Assembly: GCF_001194135.2 (NCBI RefSeq)
Contig: NC_068983.1
Span: forward strand, 120,525,105-120,570,218
From: Octopus bimaculoides
Taxonomy: Eukaryota
DNA: 45,114 bases
Direction of reading: 5' to 3'
Translations under genes and position numbers: made by a program
Shown here: positions 1 through 10,390 of the stretch, piece after piece
Layout of the letters: every line of letters begins with the position of its first letter
Numbering within the stretch: position 1 is the first letter of the stretch
Notes under the pieces: model-generated
Database searches by the model: none
What the model was told of the DNA's origin: nothing
Seen by the model: only the letters and a program-made list of their open reading frames with translations

Positions 1-159
1 GATGAAGTAGAATGTTCTCTATGTGACTTGTGTGTTTTCTCGTCTACGTTTTGTTTGCAATGTCCTGTACCCAGATATGCACCTATACATACAGGTGGAT
101 GTCGGTATGCACATACCTGTACATATATATGCATATACTCATTTACTATTTGTTTTTAT

Positions 160-193
160 ATATATATATACATACGTATATAATACATGCAGG

Positions 194-242
<49 letters not shown>

Positions 243-250
243 GTATATAT
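160..250. repeat. (TA)n/(CA)n microsatellite
   Basis: Directly visible dinucleotide runs; a second (CA)n run lies at ~412-468. Confidence 0.95.
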
Positions 251-411
251 ATGCATGAAGACACTCGCACACAAAAACGGAAAGCAAAATATTGTCAAGA
301 CATTTTGAATTGATAATTCGATTTATCACGTGTTTCCTTACATGCACTTTTTCTTTCTTCTCACCTCCATCCCTTTCTTTTTCTGTTTCGTCTCCTCTCT
401 CTTTGAATATT

Positions 412-468
<57 letters not shown>

Positions 469-699
469 CACTTTTCGTTTTCCATGGAAAATTTCAATCC
501 AATTTCTCTCTTCGTCTTCGCAATATCGATTTAATTAGAGATTCGGTTCTCCCATTAGTTACTGATTAGAGAATCGATTTCAAAGAACGCAGCCTTCGAG
601 AAATGATTCTGTTTTATGATTTTATTGCATTAACGCCACACGTGAAACAACAATGTTTTACGTATTTATGGTCGTCTTAATGTTGTGCATGCTCCTGCT

Positions 700-859
700 G
701 TTACTGGTGATGATGATGATGGTTGCCGATGCATTGAGAACAACGACATCGGTAGTGGCAGCATTGATGATGACAATAATGTAGATGACACCAGTGATGA
801 TGGTGATGATGATGAGAGCGAAGAAGAGGTGGCAAATCACGATAACATCAGTGAAAACG

Positions 860-922
<63 letters not shown>
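700..922. repeat. Degenerate (GAT)n tract followed by pure (TAT)n at ~860-922
   Basis: Visible trinucleotide repeats. The (TAT)n run reads (AAT)n on the minus strand and forms the tail of the adjacent LINE fragment. Confidence 0.9.
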
Positions 923-1240
923 TTATGTTTGACTTTTGCTTTGCTTTTGTACAAGTTGGATCCAAGTCTCACTCAGAGACCTCAAGAGACAACAAGTTAG
1001 AAGTTCATGTAGGTGTTATGCCTAGGGTACCATATATTTCGATTTGTACATAGTGTTGTTCTAGAGAATGTTTCAGAAACCATAAGAAAATTGTGTTTGT
1101 TTTAAAATTTGAGATCACATAGACAGTATTTTACGTAGGATATGGGCAGTTCCCATGAGCACTATCTTTTGAACTTCAGCCATTTTGGGGTTTCCTGGTA
1201 TCTGAGCTAGGTAGTAATCAGCCCGTTTCGCTGTCATTCC

Positions 1241-1241
<1 letters not shown>
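923..1241 (-). mobile_element. 5'-truncated R4/Dong-like non-LTR retrotransposon: end of REL endonuclease plus 3'UTR
   Basis: The minus strand reads MGMTAKRADYYLAQIPGNPKMAEVQKIVLMGTAHILRKILSM*. This matches the C-terminus of the large copy at 42.9 kb (IQKIALLGTAHILRKTLS). A ~190 nt UTR and an (AAT)n tail follow. Confidence 0.85.
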
Positions 1242-1298
<57 letters not shown>

Positions 1299-1318
1299 AT
1301 GATTATTATTATTATTAT
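1242..1318. repeat. (ATT)n microsatellite
   Basis: Visible; separates the LINE 5' junction from a SINE head. Confidence 0.95.
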
Positions 1319-1322
1319 TCGA

Positions 1323-1543
1323 GGCAGTGAGCTGGAAGAATCGTAAGCATGCCGAGCAAAATGCTTTGCGACATTTCGTCCGTCTTTACGTTCTGAGTTC
1401 AAATTCCGCCGAGGCTAACTTTGCCTTTCATCCTCTCGGAGTCGATAAATTAGGTATCATTTGAGCACTGGAGTTTGATGTAATTGACCTGCCCCACCTC
1501 TAGAATTGCTGGGCTTGTGCCAAAATTTGAAACCATTATTATT
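1323..1543 (+). mobile_element. tRNA-derived SINE, full length (family A, tail type a)
   Basis: Head GGCAGTGAGCTGGAAGAA, B-box-like GTTCAAATTCC, core CTTTGCCTTTCATCC and tail TTGTGCCAAAATTTGAAACC(ATT)n. Related copies occur throughout the window. Confidence 0.9.
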
Positions 1544-2760
1544 TCATATACACTGACCAAATTAACTGTCGTATAAGAAAACTCCTAACATCAGGCTAGA
1601 ACAAATACATTGAGATACCAATAACCTTCCTAAGTATACTAGCTGTCCCTAGTAACACTGTTCTCTGGAACTGCACTAAACTAGGTTTTATGCCTATTTC
1701 CTTCTTCCATCTGTTCAAATCTTTAGGAATAATTCCTAGTACACTTATAATTACTGGGATACATTTTACTCGTATTTTCCATAATCTCTGTAATTCAATG
1801 GCTCGGTCCTGGCACTTTGCTTTTTTCTCTATACCTCTCATATTAACTTTCTCGTCAATTATCTGGCACTTTCTATTCTCTTTATCTACTACTAAATCAG
1901 GCCTTCTAGCTTCTATTACTCTGTCGGTTTGAATATTAAAACCCCACATCTTATATTTCTTACTTTCAAGTATTTTACTAGGTTCATGTTCATGCTATTT
2001 GTCAGTACGGTCAAATCCTATCTTTCTGCATAACTCTCAGTGGATTATTCTCCCTAGGTTATCATGTTTTTTTCTTGTATTCTTTTTGTGTCAGCATGTT
2101 ACACTCAATATATGAGTAACACATCCTTCTTCTGATTTACATGACATACATTGGGAATCTACCTGGTTTATGTCTATCATGGCTGTTATCCAAGTAGTCC
2201 TCAATACTTGATCTTGAGCTGCTACTAACAAACTTTTTGTCTCTCTTTTTGAGCCTTCCTTTATGTAACCATAATCAGGTCTCACCATTACTATTTTCTG
2301 CAACTGTCTTTTGAAATCTACTACACAACGTCTTGTTCTTGCCAGTCAGATAATTTCTGTTCTTTCTTCTGGTTTTAAACTTCATTTGGCGTTTTGATTT
2401 CCCTATGTCCTGCTATTAGTCTACCAACTCTTAATAAACTTTCTTCACTGTTACCGACTTAGGAGGCTATATCTACTCTAGCCAACACCACGCAGTCTTC
2501 AACTGATATCAACTCTCTACTACCTTCCTTTCTAGGTAAGTATAATCTTGCTACTCTTGCTCTTGGGTGAAGTCCTCTATTCATATTGAATTCCTTCCTA
2601 GCTCTTCTGTCTAGATTCGTTAATTTAGATTTTGTCCACTCTGTAAAAGCTGCCGAATATCTAAGTAACGATACTGCCCAAGTATTTACAACCTTCACTT
2701 GGTTCGGACCGTTTAGCTTTTGCTTCATTTGCTTCCTTACCCTTGTGATGTACTTCTCAC
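1544..2760 (-). mobile_element. Degenerate R4/Dong-like LINE 3' half (thumb region, CCHC finger, REL endonuclease)
   Basis: Minus ORFs 2459-2728 (LLRYSA...LHPRARVARLYLPRKEG), 2091-2303 (AAQDQ...CMSC...THILSVTC) and 1596-1949 (IQTDRVIEARRPDLVV...LLGTASILRKV). Multiple stops and frameshifts are present. Confidence 0.88.
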
Positions 2761-3100
2761 ATGGAAATGCAAAGAGATACTCTACTTACTTTGAGGAGTA
2801 AGGAGTATACCATAATTCCAACATACACAGGCTTGCAGTTAGAAAAAGTGAAACTAGTAGTTGGTGACGTGCGTTGTCCTAGAGGAATAATGCGCAACCT
2901 TGGATATGAAGTGTTACCGCCAATGAAAACTGGTCTGGAATTGACATGGGAGTCCTGACCTATGAACGGCCGGAGGATCTCCTACCGCGTAAACCTTTCA
3001 GACGGCAACTAACTACACATTACGGTGAAGGGTAGAAGGCTCAGGTGCCATTTCTGCCTCCAACATGAACTAAGACAACTCGTCCTGTTGGCGACACCAC
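2761..3100 (+). pseudogene. Degenerate gag-like / LINE ORF1-like zinc-knuckle fragment
   Basis: In-frame reading through stops gives ...LSDGN*LHITVKGRRLRCHFCLQH, which aligns by eye with LPNEDKLDIMLEGRPPKCYEC at 13764-13826. Confidence 0.6.
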
Positions 3101-3839
3101 AGAACAACATCAGCAACAGTAGCAGTAACCCTAAACACAGTGTCAAAATTGTAATGAGCTTGCCACACCGGTGGCACCGCTGACCAAAGAGACGTCAGAC
3201 GAGGACCCTGTCCACAAAACTGGACAGGTATAGCACAAATATACATAAAAATTTAAACATAAACCATACAGATACAAGACACTTACAGGTATCCGCAAGC
3301 ATGCCGCTGCTCTACTACAGTTCTAATTGATTTTTAGCTCCGACTCTTCGTCAAACGACGAAGACAAGATGTGACCACTACACAAAGTTGTGGCGAGAGT
3401 AAAAAAGTGAAAGAAAACCAACAACTGTCGCGTAGACACCGAAGGCAAACAAAACAACCACTATCAACTCCACTTACTTACTGAATGACCTTTGGTCTCT
3501 AGACATGAATGTGGTGACCAGAAGTTCATGTACACAGTTACTCACAATTCTCGAGGTGTATGCATCTTTCAGTCCATCAGGATCGGTCAGGATCGAGCGC
3601 AGACATGGAAAGGTCTGGAAAGTGCTTTCCTGGTTTTTTGATGATAAGTCGTTGATTCTGGAAACGGACAACAGAGCAAGAAGGGCTTTCAGAACAGCGA
3701 CCGTTTATACTCGGTTGGAGCTGGATGTATGTCTGCAGGTTTATCGAATAATCTTGGGGCTGTCCCGCTTGTTAGTGCTTGTAGGATGCTAAAATGACGC
3801 CTTGGTTTATCCGATAGAAGGCATCTCTTCGCATTTTCT

Positions 3840-3955
3840 TGCTGCTGCTGCTGCTGTTGTCATCGTCGTCGTCGTCGTTGCTGTTGTTGTTGTTGTTGTT
3901 GTTGTTCTTCTTCTTCTTCTTCTTCTTCTTCTTCTTCTTCTTCTTCTTCTTCTTC
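3840..3955. repeat. Compound trinucleotide tract (GCT)n-(GTC)n-(GTT)n-(CTT)n
   Basis: Directly visible. Confidence 0.95.
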
Positions 3956-4220
3956 ACTTTCACGTGCTCTCCAACACTCATATTTCTTATTTTACTAACA
4001 AGCTCTGAAGATGGTCACTAAAACGGCGGAAGTCTAGTCACTTGAAACCTTTGTCTTACAGTATCGTTTTCGCATACTAGAAGAATGAATATAATTTTTA
4101 CTGAATTAGTTTTAACTATATTTAAAAGGACTCCCAGTTGGCGATTTTGCAAGAATGTGAAGTGAAGGAATCCAAAATCTCAGCTTTCGTTGACGTGGTT
4201 GTTTTATTAATAAATAATTG

Positions 4221-4223
<3 letters not shown>

Positions 4224-4290
<67 letters not shown>

Positions 4291-4300
4291 NNNNNNNNNN

Positions 4301-4355
<55 letters not shown>
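4224..4355. repeat. (CA)n(TA)n-[10 N]-(GA)n compound microsatellite
   Basis: Directly visible. Confidence 0.95.
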
Positions 4356-4365
<10 letters not shown>

Positions 4366-4571
4366 TATTAGCAAGTTGGGGAATATATAATTATGATACA
4401 TAATAAATTACATAGATACATACCCACTGAGAAGCACGAAAATAAAACAGGCAGGTACCCAAATAGCCACACACACACACATACTACACACAAACACAAA
4501 CACATACACAACCACAGATACATATTATATACATATACCATATATATATATATATTCCATCCAATGTTGTG

Positions 4572-4925
4572 TGAGTAGATTCCTCAGACACCTCCTCCAA
4601 CGAGTCCTCTCAGAGGTGACCGTCATTACACTTGTCTGCTGTATTCCCAAGTGCGACCAACTGAGGATTTAGATACTATCCAGCTAACTCGTTGTTGGTC
4701 TACCCTGTAGGTTTCCTGTCAGTTGGTTCGGCTCGCAGAATCCATTTTGTGATTCTTTCCTGCGATATTCTTCTAATCGTTGTCGGAAAGCCGCATAGTT
4801 TGGGGAGAATATTATTGCCGATTCCACCTCGTGCTTGTCGACTAAGGTGAATGGCAAAATTTTCTTCGGCGGGATTTGAACTTGGAATGTAAAACACCGT
4901 AACTAAATACTACGTAGCATTCTGA
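4572..4925 (-). mobile_element. SINE (family A head) with RTE-derived 3' tail
   Basis: The minus strand has GTTCAAATCCCGCCGA...TTTGCCATTCACC. The tail translates, with a frameshift and stops, as WILRAEPTDRKPTG/RPTTS*LDSI*ILSWSHLGI...ERTRWRRCL, resembling an RTE ORF C-terminus. Confidence 0.7.
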
Positions 4926-4950
4926 AAATCTACAGCACTCATTTACATGC

Positions 4951-5115
4951 ATATTGATTTCAAATTTTGGCACAAGGTCAGCAATTTCAGGCGGTAAGTC
5001 GATTGCATCGACCCCAGTGCTCTACTGGTAGTCTTTTTTATCGATTTCGAAAGGATGAAAGGCAAAATCGACCACGGCGGAATATATTCTCAGAATACAA
5101 AGAAGGACAAAATGC
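4951..5115 (-). mobile_element. SINE family A fragment (tail type a)
   Basis: Reverse complement reads ...TTCCGCCGTGGTCGATTTTGCCTTTCATCC...TTGTGCCAAAATTTGAAATCAAT. Confidence 0.85.
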
Positions 5116-5165
5116 TTAGGATTTTTACAGCTGGATGCCTTTCTTAACACCAACCACTCAGTAGA

Positions 5166-5210
<45 letters not shown>

Positions 5211-5500
5211 TGTAAAAATGATAACGATAGAAAATTTAGAAAAATTTTCATACCAGTGGCTAGCATGCATAATAAAGTCAATAGACAACAAATTTTCATA
5301 TATAATAGTGTATAAACAATTTACGTATTTATACACGAAAGAGGTGATCTTTGACAGGATACCTTACATGCTAGAAAGGTCAGTTAAAGCCCAAACCACG
5401 AATAAGAGCAATTTCAAAGGGAACGAAAATAAAAATATTTTTGTAGTTACCCTCAAACTCGAGGGTAACTTGCGCAGTGGATTTGAAAATTATAATGTAT

Positions 5501-5553
5501 AATGCCGCTAAGCATTTTGTCCGGCGTGCTAACGATCCTATCAACTCGCCGCC
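5501..5553 (-). mobile_element. SINE family A 5' head only
   Basis: Reverse complement reads GGCGGCGAGTTGATAGGATCGTTAGCACGCCGGACAAAATGCTTAGCGGCATT. Confidence 0.85.
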
Positions 5554-5771
5554 TTCTTATTTACATACATATTAAGACTAATTTATATCTACGAGTAATA
5601 CAGATGTCGCTTCGTCTAGGTTTAATAGATTTTAGAGAATGGGGAGAAATTTTATTCTGGATAGTAGATTAGTTTTATTAGGCGTTAACCGTTTCAGAGA
5701 GGTTGCTTGTTACTCATTTCTCTCAGCTGTTATACCTGGCTTTTTCTTTTCCCATGCATATGAATACCACA

Positions 5772-6150
5772 GTTGAGGCGCAATGGCCCAGTGGTTAGGA
5801 CAGCGGAACCGCGGTAATAGGATCGCGGTTTCGATTCCCAGACCGGGCGTTGTGAGTGCTTATTGAGCGAAAAAAAGCTCCACGAGGCTCCGGCAGGGGA
5901 TAGTGGTGAACCTTGCTGTACTCTTTCACCACAACTTTCTCTCACTCTTACTTCCTGTTTCTGTTGTGCCTGTAATTCAATGGGTCAGCCTTGTCACACT
6001 GTGTCACGCTGAATATGCCCGAGAACTACGTTAAGGGTACACGTGTCTGTGGAGTGCTCAGTCACTTGCACGTTAATTTCACGAGCAGGCTGTTCCGTTG
6101 ATCGGATCAACTGGAACCATCGACGTCGTAAGCGACGGAGTGCCAACAAC
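5772..6150 (+). mobile_element. tRNA-derived SINE, family B, full length with 9-bp TSD
   Basis: A box TGGCCCAGTGG at 5784-5794, B-box-like GGTTTCGATTCC at ~5827, and a tail ending in (CAA)n. The direct repeat AATACCACA occurs at 5763-5771 and 6151-6159. Confidence 0.85.
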
Positions 6151-7059
6151 AATACCACATATGAACAAACAAAAAATAGCATATGGGTAAATAAATTATC
6201 ACGTGTGATATATTGGAAAAATGTAAGTGTTGCTTGAGTAAATATATGTTGGTGATTGGCAAGTACAATTGCCACATGGAAGGAAGCAAAAACTGGGTTA
6301 AAAAATGTACGTGGGTAAAAGTAAGTCCTACATGATTGATTTCAAGTGCCTACTGTTTAAATTTCCGCTTTGGCAAATACAATGAGTAAATATTAGATTC
6401 ACGTTGCTGGTAAAAGTATCACATGACTAACCGCAAACGTCTATAACAGGCATGAGTAACCTTTTCCGAGAAGCGAGTTGCATGAAACATAGCTCGTCAT
6501 CTGATAGACTGCACTACTAAAAAATTCAAGGTAAGTTATCGTTAGGTGTACCGTTCAGAAAGTCCCGGAGGTTGTAGGTTGCCTATAACTGATCTATTTG
6601 CACTTATATGAATAAAAATGTGATTGTTGTAAGTATAAGTTCTCCATAGGTAAGTACGAAACGATAATAGGCTAAATAATACAAGATCATATAGATAAAT
6701 ACATGTTAGAATAATAGAAAGCGAATATGATCTGACTGCGTATGCCACACTTTTGTTAGTTGTTTCAGGTGCCTATGTTGTGGCAAGTAGACAGAGGTAT
6801 CCTCTCAACTCTCCCGCTGACCCAGTGGAACATTGAGGGTGTTGCCTCTACATGCTTTACTTATAACAGTTAAGTACAGCGAGCCATTTAGAAATAGATA
6901 TTTTGTCTTTGGTAAGAAGATGATGCGAACCATGAACTCTTTGGCTGATAGTTTAGTTTGTTGGTTATTGTTTACGCACCACACAACCAGCCGAACGTCG
7001 TTTGCTCCGATGATAAAATAGAGGATATTTCAAGCAGCAAAACAAAGATGCAGATTTGC

Positions 7060-7614
7060 ATCATCATCGAAATCGAACCAAATTCGACGACTGGCACTAA
7101 ACTCTGCTTGCGAAGACCTGTTGGGGGCAAATGAAATCAAAATCGTAATTGAACCATATTCGATGACTGGCACCTGTGCCAGTGGAGCACTAACAGCACC
7201 GTCCGAGCGTGATCATTGCCAGAGGAGCTGTCTGGCTTCCGTGCCAGTGGTACGTAAATAGCACCATTTGAGCGTGATCGTTACCAGCGTCGCCTTACTG
7301 GCACTTGTGCCGGTGGCACGTTAGAAAATATTCGAGCGAGGTCGTTGCCAGTGCCGCTGGACTGGCTCCTGTGCAGGTGGCACGTAAAAAACACCATTTT
7401 GAGCGTGGCCGNNNNNNNNNNNNNNNNNNNNNNNNNNNNNNNNNNNNNNGACATGTAAAAGTACCCACTACACCCTCGGAGTGGTTGGCGTTAGGAAGGG
7501 CATCCAGCCGTAGAAACTCTGCCAGATCAGGTTGGAGCCTGGTGCAGCCATCCGGCTCGCCAGTCCTCAGTCAAATCGTCCAACCCATGCTAGCATGGAA
7601 AGCGGACGTTAAAC

Positions 7615-7647
<33 letters not shown>

Positions 7648-7675
7648 AATGATGATGATGATGATGATGATGATA
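7060..7675 (+). mobile_element. Non-autonomous retroposon (SINE-like) with internal ~65-bp tandem array and (GAT)n tail
   Basis: Repeat units start at 7167, 7232, 7298 and 7362. The 3' part reads GAGTGGTTGGCGTTAGGAAGGGCATCCAGC...GGACGTTAAAC(GAT)n, and the same motif occurs reversed at ~5124-5160. The 5' boundary is uncertain. Confidence 0.7.
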
Positions 7676-8261
7676 CACTTGCTTACATTTGTCAGAATCA
7701 CTTCAATAATGTAACGAATTGAGAAACCATTGAAATCTCGGAATCAACCACAGATGATTTGATTTCTTCTTCACACGGCACCAGCTGTGTGGAATGGATA
7801 ATAGTCGCATAAGAACACTTGTTATGCCACTCTTTGACAGCAATCCGTCTGATTATTAGCAATTGATCTAAAACTGCTCTAAGGAACATCGATTGCTATT
7901 AATCGTGACTTGATAAAACGGAAAATCCATATTTGCCAAACTCCTTGACATTTTGCGTCACTTGAAGGAAAAAGAAAAAAAAAAAAGAAAAGGAAAATAA
8001 TCTGTTAGCTTGAAGCAAGGAAGCAAAGTGCATATCTGAGCTGATAAATTCTTCTGGACATTGTTATATGCTCACATCGATTTGTAGCCATATGCAACCG
8101 GACAATGTTGCCTGTAAATATTTTTATTTTATCTAAATGTTCATTAGAGCATAGAAAGACTAATAGCTTGCCATTCAGTCAGGGTTACTGCTGCAACGCT
8201 CTTTAGTGGGATTGAACTTGACAGTTAAATTCTAAATGAAGATAACAGCAGATATTATCTT

Positions 8262-8407
8262 ATCTTTGTTTTGTTTGTTTTTGTTTGTTTGTTTCTTTTT
8301 CTTTCTTCGTTCTCTTCTTTTCGATTTCGTTCGTTCTTTCTTTCTTTCTTTCTCTCTTTCTTTCTTTCTTTCTTTCTTTCTTTTTTCCTTTCTTTTCCTT
8401 TCTTTTC

Positions 8408-8449
<42 letters not shown>

Positions 8450-8458
8450 GTCTTTCTG

Positions 8459-8490
<32 letters not shown>

Positions 8491-8552
8491 TGTTTCTTTG
8501 TTTCTTTCTTTCTTTCATTTATTCATTCGTTCCTTTTTTTTCGTCTTCGTCT
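8262..8552. repeat. (GTTT)n/(CTTT)n tetranucleotide tract
   Basis: Directly visible; explains the F/L/S-rich and K/E/R-rich ORFs here. Confidence 0.95.
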
Positions 8553-9008
8553 TCGCTGGAGATGTTGCGATGAAAGGGCCCCCTATTAAATACCTTCGTG
8601 GAATTTAAATACGTTTATTTATATTCTGGTTTCAAATCATCTCGGGTCCCGACTTTATTTTCTATGTCTTCAAGGTTGGCAAAACTATATATATATCATG
8701 TACTGTGTGTTGCCAATTCAGTCAACTATGGATCCCTTTCACGAATATTATGGCTTTATGCAAACGCGAGAAAAAGTTTCTATTGTTACTATTTCATTTT
8801 TTTGGTACAATTGATATCACACATTCGCAAATATTGAGGCAGATATAAACTTTACTAGTTTCGTACCCTTTTAAAAAGAGAAAAATAGAAAATCAACACC
8901 TTATAGTCATTTAGTAATGTTAACAGATGTCACTCACAGAAATAGTGCGCAAGCGAATCCAAAGACAGAGCTTTCAGAGATGTAACAATGAGAGTTTATT
9001 AGATATGA

Positions 9009-9183
9009 CGGTGGATTTCGTCCGTCTTCGCGTTCTGAGTTCAAATTCCGCCGAAACCGACTTTGCCTTTTATCCTTTCGGGATCAATAAAGTAAGTACC
9101 AGTTGAGTACTGGAGTTGATGAAATCGACTTACCCCATCTCCCCAAATCGCTGCCGTTGTGCTAAAATTCGAAATCAACATTA
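9009..9183 (+). mobile_element. SINE family A, 5'-truncated (tail type a)
   Basis: GTTCAAATTCCGCCGA, the core, and the tail TTGTGCTAAAATTCGAAATC. Confidence 0.88.
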
Positions 9184-9184
9184 A

Positions 9185-9900
9185 ATATGACGGTTTGGGA
9201 ATATTTAGTAATAGCGTATGGAAGTCCTTGAAGCTCTTTTGGATTTCTTTAGATCTATGAATTTTTAGTAGTTCATAAGAGTTACTAGTATTTAGTTTAA
9301 AATTAATAGGGCAATCCAAACCCTTTTCCGTGAAGTAGTTTTGGAATTTTTCTGTTAATTTACTAATTTTGTTCATTGTTTATCTGCACTAGTTTTTTTT
9401 TTTGAGAAATATTGGTAATTTATTTGTTCCAAGACCATTTCCCTGCAATGATTCTTGTTTGTCATTGCAATAGCTCCTCCTTTGTCAGCTTCTTTAATGA
9501 CTATACCGGAATCTTCGTAGACATCCGAATGCCTTTTGCTCTTCATTTACGTATATTGTTTGGTTTCATACAATTTGCTGGAGTGTTTGAGTCTGCTGAT
9601 CTTTTCAGGCACATTGTATATTCCTCCGGTTCATTGGAAGTTTAAATCCCATTTTAATTTTTTTACACGTGATGGAGGTTTGTAATCCTTCTTTTGGAAG
9701 AATTCCTGGAGATGAAGTTTACGGCAAAATTCTTCAGTATGTTTTATAAGACCCATTGGGTCAGGTTTTGGGGTTGGTGCGAATTGAGATCCTTATTCCA
9801 AAAGTTTAACATAATGTTTCACGAGGTTTCGTTGTGATAAATTTATTACTTTTGGATTATTTGGCCCAGTATTCCCCTGAATCCTTGTATCATTTGAGGT
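9185..9900 (-). mobile_element. Penelope-like element, degenerate N-terminal/RT region
   Basis: Minus-strand motifs occur in order: VINLSQRNL...KLLE*GSQFAPTPK, EEFCRKLHLQEFF, IVIKEADKGGAIAM and TSNSYELLKIHRSKEI. These match Penelope-like RT N-terminal signatures (GLxFxPT, IxxADKG, FYxLPKIHK). Confidence 0.75.
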
Positions 9901-10157
9901 TTCTTTCGTTTTTATAGAGGACTCCTGCTTATTGAAAGAGATTTTTCGTTTGGTTTGTGAACTATTTATATCTTGTCTTTCTATTCAATTTTTGTTTGTG
10001 GACTGATGGTTTTCAGTTGTCGTTATGTCAAGTATTATTGTTATACCAACTTCTTGGCTTGTTTTTTTGTGTCTTCCATGTCCTTGGGGTGCTCAGCCAC
10101 TTGCACGGTTATTTCTTCTTCTGAGAATTGCGAAAAACTGTCAATATAATCTTCGAA

Positions 10158-10390
10158 AGCGGTGAGCTGGCAGAATCATTAGCACGCCGGGCGAAATGCT
10201 TAGCGGTATTTCGTCTGCCGTTACGTTCTGAGTTCAAATTCCACCGAGGTTGACGTTGCTGCCTTTCATCCTTTCGGGGTCGATTAAATAAGTACCAGTT
10301 ACGCACTGGGTCGATGTAATCGACTTAATCCCTTCGGCTGTCCTTGTTTGTCCCCTCTACGTTTAGCCTCCTGTGGGCAATAAAGAAATA
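10158..10390 (+). mobile_element. SINE family A, full length, tail type b, 15-bp TSD
   Basis: Intact head and B box, with a tail ending ...GGGCAATAAAGAAATA. The perfect direct repeat AATATAATCTTCGAA occurs at 10143-10157 and 10387-10401. Confidence 0.93.

Noticed and set aside
3474-3830. ORFs 3505-3792(+) and 3474-3671(-), possibly an APE-domain remnant after the gag-like fragment
   Set aside because: There is only a faint echo (RHGKVWK versus GxWKLN) and no catalytic motif could be confirmed.
4701-4893. TACCCTGTAG (miR-10-like 5' end, 4701) and TGGAATGTAAA (miR-1-like 5' end, 4883)
   Set aside because: The matches stop after 10-11 nt, no precursor hairpin is visible, and both lie on the antisense strand of a SINE.
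6450-6530. Possible 81-bp plus-strand exon (ACTAAC branch-like site, CAG acceptor, AAG|GTAAGT donor)
   Set aside because: There is no polypyrimidine tract and all frames are closed. Such signals arise by chance in AT-rich DNA.
7167-7411. Regularly spaced palindromic units as a CRISPR-like array
   Set aside because: The whole unit is repeated with no unique spacers, the context is eukaryotic, and there are no cas genes.
7687-7960. Possible 274-bp minus-strand exon after a long pyrimidine tract
   Set aside because: The AAG acceptor and AT|GTAAGC donor are weak, all frames have stops, and the peptide is unrecognisable.
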